A DNA stretch of 61,365 bases from the sequence record OQ992557.1; one strand, written 5' to 3'. The notes under the pieces were generated by a model that was given only the letters and a program-made list of their open reading frames with translations, was not told the origin of the DNA and ran no database searches. Source of the DNA: Pseudomonas phage Chuck. Each line of letters starts with the position of its first letter. Positions within the stretch are counted from its first letter, which is position 1. This document shows positions 36,402 to 45,863 of this stretch, piece by piece. The position numbers were made by a program, and so were the translations under genes.

Positions 36402-36737
36402 GAGGCCCGAGGCGTCCACCGCGATGTAGCGTTGGTCCTTTCCGCTCCACTGGAGCAGGGACACATCCCCATCATTGGCGTCCGCGGCGATGGCGACGGC
36501 GAACCCGATCAGGACCGGATTGCCCACGAGCAGGAGGTGGTCCCCCGGTCCGAAGTCGGCCAGCTTCTCCTTCAGCTCATCAATGATCGGCTCCGGGCGG
36601 AAGGGGGCCGCGGTCGGGCTGAGCAAGTACACCAGCTCACCGAACTCCTCCGCCGGGGCGAGGTTGAATTTGGGCTCGAACCGCTGCTTGTCGCGGTCCC
36701 AGCGGTGTTGGTTCTGTACAACAAATACACGGCTCAT
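36384..36737 (-). CDS. hypothetical protein (117 aa)
   Basis: Coupled downstream of the SNF2 gene. Confidence 0.5.
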   Translation of the reverse strand: MSRVFVVQNQHRWDRDKQRFEPKFNLAPAEEFGELVYLLSPTAAPFRPEPIIDELKEKLADFGPGDHLLLVGNPVLIGFAVAIAADANDGDVSLLQWSGKDQRYIAVDASGLFTSSD

Positions 36738-36744
36738 AGTAGTC

Positions 36745-38439
36745 TCACAACCAGTCTTTGAGGCGGTCGCCGGTGATCTGGCTCGCCACGTTGAATTTGT
36801 TCCTCAACGCTTCCACCACCTTCTCATCCACGGAGTCCTCAGCCACGAGGTCGATGTACAGCACGTTGTTGGTCTGTCCGATCCGGTGGGCGCGGTCCTC
36901 CGACTGAAGGCGGTCGATCAGCTTGAAGCTGTTGGAATAATAGATGACAGTCTTGGCTGCCGTCAAGGTCAGACCCGTCGCCCCCGCCGCGGGATTGCCC
37001 ACGAACACGCGGGCCTGCTCCTCCGGCGGGACGGCCTCGCGCCCGACCACCTGCCCGTTATGGTACAGGGGGCGCTCGCCCTGGAACCGGGCCTTGGCGT
37101 CCGCCCGCTCATCATCGTTCACCAGCCCGTCATAGCGGACCGCGCTGATGCCGCGCTCGCGGAGGGCGTCCATGATCAGGGTGATGTCCATCTGGAACCG
37201 GGCCCAGACGATCACCTTGTGCTGGGACTCCTCGATCAGCTCACAGAGCAGGTCCAGGCGACGGTTCGGCCCCGGGATTGTGTACACGGGTTCCGCTTCA
37301 TCGTCGGTCGGGAGGTAGCCGCAGGTGATCTGCTGGAGGCGGAGGAGCCGGGTGATGGCGAGGGCGGCGATGACCGGGGTGGTGCCCTCCGCGCCCAGGT
37401 CAGGGGCGTCTCCGCAGTCGGGGCAGGGGTAGATGAAGCCGTCAAACTCCACCTCACGTTTGCCCAAGCAGGTCGGGCAGGCGTCCGGCGACGGCTCCGC
37501 GGCGACCGCTTCCGCGTCCCGCTCAATCCCGCCCGTCTCCAGCCACACGATGTACTCGTCACGCAACTGGCGATACAGCTTGCCCTGCTCCGGGGTCATC
37601 GGGAAGAACCGCTTGCTGTACAGCTTCGGCGGGAGGTCCAGCACGTCATCCTTCGTCACGCGGGAGGAGACGGGCTGAAGGAGGCTGTTCAGGGCGTCCA
37701 GGCGGCGATAGCCCACCAGCACGTCATACTCGTTGCCATCGTTCTTCTTGGTCTTGGGGTTGAAGGCGGTCGGGTTCCAGCCCTTCTTCCAGATGCCGAA
37801 GTGTTGCTTGAACTCCGTGAAGGTCCCCAGCTGGTTCTTGTTCCAGTAGTCGTCAATCAAGAACTTGATCTGGCTGTAGGCGTCGAAGGGTCCCTGAGCA
37901 ATCGGAGTCCCGGTCAGGACCCGCCTGAATGGCGCGTACTTCGCGGAGCGGAGGATGGACTTGGTGCGCTCCGCGGTCGGGGTCTTGATGTAGTGCGCCT
38001 CATCCAGGACGTACAGGAGGCGGCGCTTGTCGAAGAAGTCAATCAGCGCCCGCTTCCCGGAGGCGGTCATGAAGGCTTCATAGCTGATGGTGAGCCAGGC
38101 GAAGCCCTTGTGCTCGATGACGGCCTTGACCGCCTGCTTGTGCCACTTGGTGTCGGCCTTCGGGCTCTGGTAGTGGAAGGCCCGGACGTGCTTGATCACC
38201 TCATCGGGTACGTGGTCCGGGATTTCCTTCTCAACCCAGTTGCGGTGCACGCCGTTCGGGGCGACCACCAGCACGCCGTCGATGAGCCCGCGGAGCCAGA
38301 GCCAGCAGGCGGTGTCGATGGTCAGCTTGGACTTGCCGGTGCCCTGTTCCCAGAAGATCGCGCGGGCTTCTTCTTCGCGGGAGCGCAACCACTCCTCGCG
38401 CTGGTGGTTGAAGGGTTCGGTCTTGAAGGGGTATTCCAT
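36745..38439 (-). CDS. SNF2/Rad54-family helicase (564 aa)
   Basis: GTGKSKLTIDTACW (motif I), LDEAHYIKT (DEAH box), C-terminal helicase domain; AAATGGAGCC leader. Confidence 0.85.
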   Translation of the reverse strand: MEYPFKTEPFNHQREEWLRSREEEARAIFWEQGTGKSKLTIDTACWLWLRGLIDGVLVVAPNGVHRNWVEKEIPDHVPDEVIKHVRAFHYQSPKADTKWHKQAVKAVIEHKGFAWLTISYEAFMTASGKRALIDFFDKRRLLYVLDEAHYIKTPTAERTKSILRSAKYAPFRRVLTGTPIAQGPFDAYSQIKFLIDDYWNKNQLGTFTEFKQHFGIWKKGWNPTAFNPKTKKNDGNEYDVLVGYRRLDALNSLLQPVSSRVTKDDVLDLPPKLYSKRFFPMTPEQGKLYRQLRDEYIVWLETGGIERDAEAVAAEPSPDACPTCLGKREVEFDGFIYPCPDCGDAPDLGAEGTTPVIAALAITRLLRLQQITCGYLPTDDEAEPVYTIPGPNRRLDLLCELIEESQHKVIVWARFQMDITLIMDALRERGISAVRYDGLVNDDERADAKARFQGERPLYHNGQVVGREAVPPEEQARVFVGNPAAGATGLTLTAAKTVIYYSNSFKLIDRLQSEDRAHRIGQTNNVLYIDLVAEDSVDEKVVEALRNKFNVASQITGDRLKDWL

Positions 38440-38475
38440 AGGGTGGCTCCATTTCTCATAGTGATGCCCGGAAGT

Positions 38476-38481
38476 ATAGCC
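38476..38481 (-). promoter_or_regulatory. -10-only promoter candidate upstream of the SNF2 gene (minus GCTATACT), next to palindrome GCCCAGCTGGGC
   Basis: Shares the ACTATACT...CAC half-element of the conserved promoters but has no TTTACT -35. Confidence 0.35.
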
Positions 38482-38499
38482 CAGCTGGGCGACGAAGGC

Positions 38500-38867
38500 G
38501 AGCGGAGAATCATGTGCGCTTGGGACGGGGGCCCAACGCTCGACTTCGTGTGCTGAAGAAGTATGAAGTGGAGTAGGCAGGGAAGCCCAGCGGGGCTGGG
38601 GGTTTATATATATATTCTTCTTCTTCTTCTTAACTTACTTAACTTACTTACCTTAAACCCCCGGACGGCCTCCGAACAGCAGGAACGGTCGCCGGTCGCC
38701 TCCCTGGGCAGGGGGTCCCGGCGATTTATCGGGCGAAGTAGAACTGAACTGGAGAAAGTGAAGTAACCTAAGCGCAGGAGGGTCTGAGCTGTTACGGCGC
38801 TGGGCTTTCGATGGCGCTTGGGGTCTATACTTCTTCAGATGTGAAGGTAAGTACCCCAAGCGCATCC
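38500..38867. repeat. AT-rich intergenic island B: (TA)5-(TTC)5-(TTAACTTAC)2 at about 38603-38652 plus at least four CCYAAGCGCA motifs in both orientations
   Basis: Diverged duplicate of island A in the same orientation. Located between the last late gene and the first early gene. Confidence 0.8.
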
Positions 38868-39212
38868 TCATTTCTGGGCCCACTCCTTCAGCCCGAGGAT
38901 TAGCAGGCTGGCGAGGCCCGAGAAGAAGATGCCCAGGAGGGCGAGGGTGCCCTTGCGCTTCAAGTCCTCCCCGGACTCGCGCCATTGACGGAGGTGTTGG
39001 AAGTCCCGCTGCATAGCAAACGGGTCGGACGTGTCCACCCCGAGCTGCATCAATGTCTGCTTGACCGCTTCGGCCACCACATCGTTCAGCTCCGAGTGAG
39101 ACATGGCGACCGTCTCCGCGGCCCTCCGGGCCGCGTCCTCCACGGATAGTTTCGCCGCCCGGGTCGCAGCCGCAACGGCGATGTCTTCGACTTGCTCCGG
39201 GGTCAGGGGCAT
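38868..39212 (-). CDS. tail-anchored membrane protein (114 aa)
   Basis: ATG 39212 with GAGGA RBS; C-terminal TM LALLGIFFSGLASLLILGL; last gene of the late block. Confidence 0.5.
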   Translation of the reverse strand: MPLTPEQVEDIAVAAATRAAKLSVEDAARRAAETVAMSHSELNDVVAEAVKQTLMQLGVDTSDPFAMQRDFQHLRQWRESGEDLKRKGTLALLGIFFSGLASLLILGLKEWAQK

Positions 39213-39279
39213 ATCGGGGTCCTCGCACCAAGATGATCTTGGGCCGTATTTTACGGAACCCAAGACAACTTGGCAAATT

Positions 39280-39765
39280 TTAGACGGCCAACCCAGTCGC
39301 GTCCACCCAGGCGGAGCCCGTGGACCAGATCGGCTTGCCCAGGGTGGTGTCGAAGTATTGGCCCCCGATCAAGGCGGCGCTCGCCGCCGGGCGGTTCGCG
39401 GTCGTGCCGTAGCCGCGGAGGAACTTCCACGCGCTGCCGTCATACCAGTAGGTGCTGTTGGTATCCTCCACGGAAATGGTCCACCCCTTCTTCGGCACGA
39501 AGAACTCCCAGGCCGTCGCCGCGCTCGAATAACGCGCGATCCGTTGGCCCTGACCAGACCAGTTCGTGCCGGTCGGGCTCGCCGGGAGCACGTACACGTC
39601 CCCGTCCGCGGGCGAAGCCGGTTGGGCGGTCGTGGTCGCGGACTTCGCGTGGCCCATGAGAAGGCCGTCCACCGCACGGAGGAAAGACATGAATTGGTTG
39701 TAGTGCTGGTCCCCCAGCAAACCGTTCACCATGATGCCCAAGTTCGGGCCGTTACTGATAGCCAT
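39280..39765 (-). CDS. DUF2793-like tail fibre protein (gene-transfer-agent-associated family)
   Basis: ATG 39765 coupled to the upstream stop; NGPNLGIMVNG...YWYDGSAWKF pattern. Confidence 0.5.
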   Translation of the reverse strand: MAISNGPNLGIMVNGLLGDQHYNQFMSFLRAVDGLLMGHAKSATTTAQPASPADGDVYVLPASPTGTNWSGQGQRIARYSSAATAWEFFVPKKGWTISVEDTNSTYWYDGSAWKFLRGYGTTANRPAASAALIGGQYFDTTLGKPIWSTGSAWVDATGLAV

Positions 39766-41936
39766 CACAAACCTCCAAGATAGTTTCCAAGATTGTTCCC
39801 GAGTCCGGCCCGATCCACATACCAATCGTGGGATTGGTAGCTGTCCAGGCCGTCGCGGACCGCCGTGACCTTGATCCGGTTCCGGCCCGCGGTGTTCCCC
39901 GTCGCCTCGTTGGTCCAGGTCCAGCTAGTGCCAGTCAGTCCCGGCTCCGACTTCAAGAGCGTGCTGCCGTTGGCCGCGTAGATGTCCACGCGGTAGGTCA
40001 CCCCCGGCTCCGGGCCGATGTTCGCCGCGGTGTGGTCGATGATCGGACGGACCACCTGCTGGGTCCGGTCGCGGTGCGCCCAAGATAGGCTCAGACCTCC
40101 GAGGATAGCCGAAGGATACTGGAGACTGTTCACCCGGAAGTTCCCGGGAGCGTAGGGGCGTGCGAAACGGCCCACCAGCGCCTTCGAGTCCTCCGGCGCA
40201 ACGGACAGGTCCAGAATGCCGACCCCGGACCGGCCCAGGCCCTTCGCGGCGATGGTCTCGCCGCTGTTATACTCCAGACGGTCGCGCACGCGGGCGTCCT
40301 CCGCGAACCAAAACCGCGCCCCGGCTGCGTGTTCCGCGCAGACGGTATCCAAGCACCCCCGACCCACCGTCACGATCCCGTTCACCAGGTCGATAGTGTC
40401 CACGCGCACGATTTCGTTGTCAATCAGCGCATAGGTCCCCGTCCGCGCAAATTCGGTGCGGGAGGACAGGTTGGACAGCTGGATGGAGGTCTGTATGGGC
40501 GTGATCGCGTTCGTCAGCGTAGCGTGCGCCGCGGGGTCGCCGGTGGCCGCGTATGCGTAGGACCCGCCCGTGGGCTTCGTCCACAGCTCATAGTTCTGGA
40601 GGTACTGGGCAGGCTCGCCCATCAGGCCGATCAGGAAGGCGGAGGTGTTGTCCAGCGCCTGGAAGTCGCCCGAGGGCAGACCGTTCGCCAAGTCCCAATA
40701 GTTCGCCTCCTCCAGACGGCGGAGGGCGAACGGGTTGGGCGCTTGAACCGGGTCCACCCATCCCGAGCCCTGGTTGCCCATGTAGGTGGAGGACGGAAGG
40801 CCGAACATGTCCTCAACCGCATCCACCACGATTTCACCGCTGGTCAGCTCCCCGTAGTTCACCCCGAGGACGCGGAACACGATGTCCACGAGGCTGTGCT
40901 CATCCCAGGAGAAGCGGAACACGTCCCCCAGGGTCAGGTTCCATGCGTTCCGGTTCACCCGGATGCGGATGCGCGCGAAGGGGGTGGACTTCTGGCGGAG
41001 GTCGCGCATGGCCAGTTTCGCCGCGTTCGCCGCGGTGTCGATCCCGGGATAGTTCACCGTCTGGCTCACCACGCCCTGCTGGGCCTGGATCGCGGCGAGG
41101 TCCTGGACGGTCACGGAGTCATCCTCAGTGGAGCCCTGCGGACGGTAGGTGACCACGATTTCGTTGACAATTTCCGCGTAGCCCGGGCGCTCGAAGGACT
41201 CCAGCCGGACGGTGTTGGACTCGTTGAACAGCGGGAGGTTCGCCACCACGTAGTCCTCGCGGATCAGCTTCACCACGAATTGACCGTTGTCGGGTCGCGT
41301 GTACAACATTCCGTTACAGTGGCCCAGCACCGTGTATATGAAGGACTCGATGGAGTCCTGCTTGGTCATGATCATCGACACGCCCAAGCCTTCCGCGTGA
41401 AGGGTGTCCGCCGCAGCGCGAAAGGCGGCGTCATCCAGGGCGTTGATCGGGTATCCCATCCCCCAGTCCGGGTTCGTCAGCGTCTCATAGATGACGTGGG
41501 CCGGGTTCGCGGAGCCGTTGATGTCCGCCTTCCCCGGGTACCAAGCCTTGCCCGGGAGGCGCTTCACCTTCAGCGCCCAGGCCTTCGGGTAGGGCGACAT
41601 GGCGCACATATACACCTTCCGCAGGACCAGCGAAAGGACGCCCCGGAAGGCCGGGATCACGGTGCCGAGTTTTGATTGGAGGTAACTGTTGCGGCCCTGA
41701 TTCGATTCCCCCATCATGATGTCCACGTAACCCTGGACACCCCCCTCCTTCTTCTCGCCGCCGAACAGCTCCGGGCTGTTGACATAGATTTGCTGCGAGG
41801 CCGTCACGTTCCCGCTCCAGGCGGTTCGGTCGCCCACGACAATTTCCTGGACGGAATCGACCGGCCCGTGACAGATCACGAGGTGGGCGCCAAGATAATA
41901 CTTGTACCCGATTGTTACACTAGATTTGCTGCCCAC
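39765..41936 (-). CDS. host-specificity / central tail fibre protein (GTA g15-like, 723 aa)
   Basis: N-terminal VTIGYKYYLGAHLVICHGPVD region; its size and position after the hub-like gene. Confidence 0.6.
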   Translation of the reverse strand: MGSKSSVTIGYKYYLGAHLVICHGPVDSVQEIVVGDRTAWSGNVTASQQIYVNSPELFGGEKKEGGVQGYVDIMMGESNQGRNSYLQSKLGTVIPAFRGVLSLVLRKVYMCAMSPYPKAWALKVKRLPGKAWYPGKADINGSANPAHVIYETLTNPDWGMGYPINALDDAAFRAAADTLHAEGLGVSMIMTKQDSIESFIYTVLGHCNGMLYTRPDNGQFVVKLIREDYVVANLPLFNESNTVRLESFERPGYAEIVNEIVVTYRPQGSTEDDSVTVQDLAAIQAQQGVVSQTVNYPGIDTAANAAKLAMRDLRQKSTPFARIRIRVNRNAWNLTLGDVFRFSWDEHSLVDIVFRVLGVNYGELTSGEIVVDAVEDMFGLPSSTYMGNQGSGWVDPVQAPNPFALRRLEEANYWDLANGLPSGDFQALDNTSAFLIGLMGEPAQYLQNYELWTKPTGGSYAYAATGDPAAHATLTNAITPIQTSIQLSNLSSRTEFARTGTYALIDNEIVRVDTIDLVNGIVTVGRGCLDTVCAEHAAGARFWFAEDARVRDRLEYNSGETIAAKGLGRSGVGILDLSVAPEDSKALVGRFARPYAPGNFRVNSLQYPSAILGGLSLSWAHRDRTQQVVRPIIDHTAANIGPEPGVTYRVDIYAANGSTLLKSEPGLTGTSWTWTNEATGNTAGRNRIKVTAVRDGLDSYQSHDWYVDRAGLGNNLGNYLGGL

Positions 41937-42123
41937 GGGCCTTCTCCACTACTTGTAGCGCCATGTGGTCGCCGGTCGCCTCCAGCTCCTCCGCCGGGAT
42001 GCCCTCGTGGACGAAGCGGCCCCAATCCAGCCCGTGTCGGGCGGCGAAGGCGCGCATGCCGCGGGAGCAGTAGCCCAAGGCGCGGGCGTGTTCGACCCGG
42101 ACCATCAATGGCTCGTTGTTCAT
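41920..42123 (-). CDS. hypothetical protein (67 aa)
   Basis: ATG 42123 (MNNEPLMVRVEHARALG...) coupled to the upstream stop. Confidence 0.4.
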   Translation of the reverse strand: MNNEPLMVRVEHARALGYCSRGMRAFAARHGLDWGRFVHEGIPAEELEATGDHMALQVVEKARGQQI

Positions 42124-42356
42124 CACTTGCCGCCGTCCGTCTTGACGGGACTGCTGGACAAGTCCCCGTACCATACCACGTTCGGGCTCTTCACGGTAAC
42201 GGTCCCGAACACAACCGGGATCGGTCGCCCAGGCTCCGCGGTTGGAAATTGGAAGTCCTCCAACGAAGCGGGTTTGGGGGTGGCCTGCTTCGGGGCGAGG
42301 GCCACCGCCGCGTATGCCGCGACGATGAAGATGATCAGATATACAGCCCACTCCAT
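42123..42356 (-). CDS. small membrane-anchored protein (77 aa)
   Basis: Strong GGAGGA RBS; N-terminal TM WAVYLIIFIVAAYAAVALA. Confidence 0.5.
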   Translation of the reverse strand: MEWAVYLIIFIVAAYAAVALAPKQATPKPASLEDFQFPTAEPGRPIPVVFGTVTVKSPNVVWYGDLSSSPVKTDGGK

Positions 42357-42369
42357 GATGGGGTCCTCC

Positions 42370-43209
42370 TCAAAAGATCGGGGTGCCGTTCATCGGGTTT
42401 TTCTTCGGGTAGAACGGCTGACCCCCGTAGTTGTCCACGTTGTTGAACTTGTTGTGACACGTATTCAAGGTGTGATCGCACCCGGGATAGGCCCGGACCG
42501 TTGCGTTGGCGGGTATTCCGGCCAACGGAAGATTGAGGGTGATCGCCTGCCCCACGTGCGCGACGATGAACCGCCGTTCCAGGACCCCCGCCACTTCCCA
42601 ATCCACGTAGCCCCCGGCGAAGTAGCCGTCAGCGAAGGAGGAGAAGGCCGGTGACAGAAGGTCCCGCCCCGAGACGCCCGTGAGGGTCGCGTCCACCCGG
42701 AAGTCCGCGGAGGACTTCCCGCAAGCGGCCCCATACAGGACGTGGGGGCAGGTGGTCTGGTACATTCGGCGGAGGGTCGGGCGGCGCAGCGACGTGAACA
42801 CCGGCTCCAGCCGCACTTCGGCCTCGCGCTCCAGGAACTTCACATTGACCACTCGCCCGACCCACGGGACGGCGAGCTGTCCGTCACCCTCGTGGTAACG
42901 CTGGATGGTGAGCTGGACGATGTCGGTGGGCGGCGATCCGCGGAACTGGTCCAGAAAGCTGATGCCCTTATCCATCGTCAGCGTCAGGTTGCTCCGGGAC
43001 ATTTCCTGGTTCTGCTCGAAGGCCCCGCGCTTGATCTGGACGGAGTTGTAAGTCACTCCCTCCACCACCTTGTCTTCATCCGCTGAGGTGTAGCGCCAGT
43101 ATTGCGCGCCCCGGGCGAACAGGTACAACTCGACCGGGTAGGCTTCAAACAGGCTTCGCTCGCGTGCGTCATACGTCATGGTTGAATCTCCATCATGCGG
43201 ACCGTACAT
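42370..43209 (-). CDS. tail hub protein, DUF2163/phage_BR0599-like (GTA g13-like)
   Basis: YPVELYLFARGAQYWRYTS signature; probable ATG at about 43179. Confidence 0.55.
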   Translation of the reverse strand: MYGPHDGDSTMTYDARERSLFEAYPVELYLFARGAQYWRYTSADEDKVVEGVTYNSVQIKRGAFEQNQEMSRSNLTLTMDKGISFLDQFRGSPPTDIVQLTIQRYHEGDGQLAVPWVGRVVNVKFLEREAEVRLEPVFTSLRRPTLRRMYQTTCPHVLYGAACGKSSADFRVDATLTGVSGRDLLSPAFSSFADGYFAGGYVDWEVAGVLERRFIVAHVGQAITLNLPLAGIPANATVRAYPGCDHTLNTCHNKFNNVDNYGGQPFYPKKNPMNGTPIF

Positions 43210-44846
43210 TCAAGGACCCGGTTGGAGTTCCACTGAAGTTCTACACGATCCGCGTCCAGGCGCTTCAGGCCCAGGAAGCTGATTTGGCGGATGCGGCTGG
43301 CGTTGATGTTGATCGGGGCGTCCAGACCGATGACCGCCGTGTCCGCCCCGGAGGCCGTCGCCGCATTGATCGTCCGCAGCAGCCACGTTCCGTCATCCAG
43401 GAGGATGCCGATGTGGGTGCGCTCCGGCGCAAATTCGCGGTAGTCGTCAGCATACACCTCGATGCTCTGGGTCAGCTCGCCGGTCTGGGCGACCCGCATG
43501 TTGTTCTCGAAGGTCGGAACCCAGAACGGGCGCAAGCGCCCCGCACGCCGGTGAAGGAACTTGCGGAAGTTCCAGATGTCCTGGAGCCCCTGTAGCAAGA
43601 ACTTGTAGGGGCGTCCAATTCGCGTGTAGGTCCAGGGCGAATAGAAGCTGGCCCCCGCCGCGGTCCCGTAGTCCACGACATCAACCCGGGCTTGAAGGCT
43701 GTCCGTCAGCGCCTCGCCGTTCTTCAGCGCCTCGTCAAAATACACGTCATACCCGAGGAACTGCGTGGGGGCCGCGGGCGGGTCCAGGTCGATGTTGTCG
43801 CTGAACTCATAGGTCATTTCCAGTGAACCGTTGTAGCCCGAGGTTGCCCGCGAGACGTTGCCGACGATCCGCCCAAGGCGCACGGGCACGATCCAGGGGT
43901 TGGTGAAGGTTTCGGCCAGCGGTCGGTTCAGCGTCAAAGTCCCGGCGGAAACGATACCCACGTCAGCGGTCGCGCTCTTGCGGTTGGACTCCCAGATCAT
44001 GATCAGCGCGCCGTCCCGGTAGTCGGAGGCGGTCGTGTCGATGTTGATCACGGTCGTGCCCGCCAGCAGGGTTCCGACCTGTTGGGCCTCAGACCAAAGG
44101 GCGACGGCCCAACGGCGAGTCAACCAACCATACACCAGGTTCTCCGCCCGGGCCATTTCCCGGTACGGGATCGGATAGGTGACGTTGAAGGACTGGCGTG
44201 GCTTCTTGCGCAGCCGCACCCGCTGCTCCGACCCGTCATTGGTCGTGAGCACGTCCGTTTTCCACTCCAGGACCTCCTTGGCGGGAGCCTCGAAGATGTA
44301 CGGCAGTGCGACGATACGCGAGCCCAGCACGCGGAGGTCGCCGTCATCCGCCGTCCCGTCCCAGTCGAAGTGGAAGATGGCGTTGATGTCCGGCGGGCCG
44401 TCCGTGGTGACGGTCAGCTGATAGGTCTTGGTCTCCAGAGCGGCCCAGGTCGCGGGCGGGACGGCCCCCACAAGGGAAATACCGCCGCCGTTCTGAACTT
44501 GGATATTCTGGAGTTGTCGGCTGTTGAAAAAGCCGTTCCAAACCTCGATTGCGAACTGCTGTTCACTCACGAGGTTGCCCACGTTGATGTTCGAGGGCCG
44601 TATGTGGATGCGGTTGTAGTAGTCGTCCAGGAAGGTCGGCATGCGCCAGCCCGTCGAAACCTCCCCGGCTTCGCTGATGGGGAGGTTGTTCTGGACGGAG
44701 CCGAAGCCGTCCGCGGTTCGCTCCCACGGCGTTCCGGGCGGGCTTTGATCGTCCCACGCATAGGAATCCAGCCCGACCGCCCAATCAGGGGTCGGGGCTC
44801 GCAGGGTATCCAGCCCCACGAAGGCTTGCGTGGTGATCACGGCCAT
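43176..44846 (-). CDS. minor/distal tail protein (556 aa)
   Basis: Position between the fibre paralogs and the hub; no enzymatic motif recognised. Confidence 0.5.
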   Translation of the reverse strand: MAVITTQAFVGLDTLRAPTPDWAVGLDSYAWDDQSPPGTPWERTADGFGSVQNNLPISEAGEVSTGWRMPTFLDDYYNRIHIRPSNINVGNLVSEQQFAIEVWNGFFNSRQLQNIQVQNGGGISLVGAVPPATWAALETKTYQLTVTTDGPPDINAIFHFDWDGTADDGDLRVLGSRIVALPYIFEAPAKEVLEWKTDVLTTNDGSEQRVRLRKKPRQSFNVTYPIPYREMARAENLVYGWLTRRWAVALWSEAQQVGTLLAGTTVINIDTTASDYRDGALIMIWESNRKSATADVGIVSAGTLTLNRPLAETFTNPWIVPVRLGRIVGNVSRATSGYNGSLEMTYEFSDNIDLDPPAAPTQFLGYDVYFDEALKNGEALTDSLQARVDVVDYGTAAGASFYSPWTYTRIGRPYKFLLQGLQDIWNFRKFLHRRAGRLRPFWVPTFENNMRVAQTGELTQSIEVYADDYREFAPERTHIGILLDDGTWLLRTINAATASGADTAVIGLDAPININASRIRQISFLGLKRLDADRVELQWNSNRVLECTVRMMEIQP

Positions 44847-44847
44847 A

Positions 44848-45849
44848 TCAAGTAACCTTCTTGTATGCTATTCCCCGTTGGACGGACCGCCCGCCCTTCT
44901 GGTACCAAGGAAACACTTTCCACGTCTCCGACCCCAGCGTGAACTCCTCCCCCGGCTGATACCGGGTCATGTCCATGTAGCGCAGGCCCGGCATGACTCC
45001 GACCGGGTTCAGGTACTCCTCGTTGCGATTGACCGACACGATCTGGGGCAGGAGAATCCCGACCCCGTTCATGGGGTTCGGAGACATCGACATCAATACT
45101 TTATCGTGAACCGCCCCACCTTGGCAAGCCTGCCCGGTCTGGGTATAGGTCGGGCGGCGCGAGGATTGGCACCAGTTGTTGAAGGAGTCGAACTGCGCCC
45201 GGAGGAAGGACCCGGATTTGGTTGAGGCGGAGGAGTCCATATATCCTGCCGCCCTGAAGGGGACCTCCTCCAGAACATAGCTTGCGTTTTCCACGTCGGA
45301 ACCCAACCAAGTGCCGTTTCCGGTAGTAGTTGCCGGGTGCTCGCCCCCGGTGGCGTAGAAGAACCGCCCCCCGCCCGGGGCCGCGGAGTTAAACAAGTCC
45401 AGGGCTCCGAAGCCCAGGCGCTGGAAGATAGTGGATGCCACCTCCAGCTCAAGGTAGATGGTCTTGCTGTCCGGCGCAAACAAGTGGTAGGACGGGAACG
45501 GCCCAAAGTAGATGGGCAGCGGAAGATTGGCGTGCGCCTGGTCCCCGCCCGAGGTCGAAGTGCGCAGCGGATAGCCGGGCTGGCGGTCCCAAGTCGCCCC
45601 GGCGCTGTAGCCGTCCGAACCGTTGATGGCAATCCCGTATCGCCCGGTGGAGCCGGACCCGTTTATGGTGATGTTCTCGTTTTGGTAGCTGCGCAGGTTC
45701 ACGTAGGACGCCCCCTTGCTCAGACATAGCTCGCGCCCGGAGCCCGCCGCCGCATCGCGGTTCACGGTCCAACCCTGGGCCACGGCGAAGTCCCGCAGCT
45801 TGATCAACATGTCGTTCGGTCCGGTCGCGGACCCGGTTTCATAAGCCAT
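44848..45849 (-). CDS. tail fibre-like protein (333 aa), paralog of 45864-47393
   Basis: N-termini MAYETGSATGPNDMLIKLRDFAVAQG versus MANEIGTATNFEDFFSKIVAFLTTN. Confidence 0.5.
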   Translation of the reverse strand: MAYETGSATGPNDMLIKLRDFAVAQGWTVNRDAAAGSGRELCLSKGASYVNLRSYQNENITINGSGSTGRYGIAINGSDGYSAGATWDRQPGYPLRTSTSGGDQAHANLPLPIYFGPFPSYHLFAPDSKTIYLELEVASTIFQRLGFGALDLFNSAAPGGGRFFYATGGEHPATTTGNGTWLGSDVENASYVLEEVPFRAAGYMDSSASTKSGSFLRAQFDSFNNWCQSSRRPTYTQTGQACQGGAVHDKVLMSMSPNPMNGVGILLPQIVSVNRNEEYLNPVGVMPGLRYMDMTRYQPGEEFTLGSETWKVFPWYQKGGRSVQRGIAYKKVT

Positions 45850-45863
45850 GATTCAGTTCTCCC

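Noticed and set aside
38826-38831. Plus-strand TATACT in island B as a rightward promoter
   Set aside because: No acceptable -35 at 16-18 nt, and nothing to transcribe on the plus strand. More likely an inverted half-copy of the conserved element, possibly a protein-binding site.
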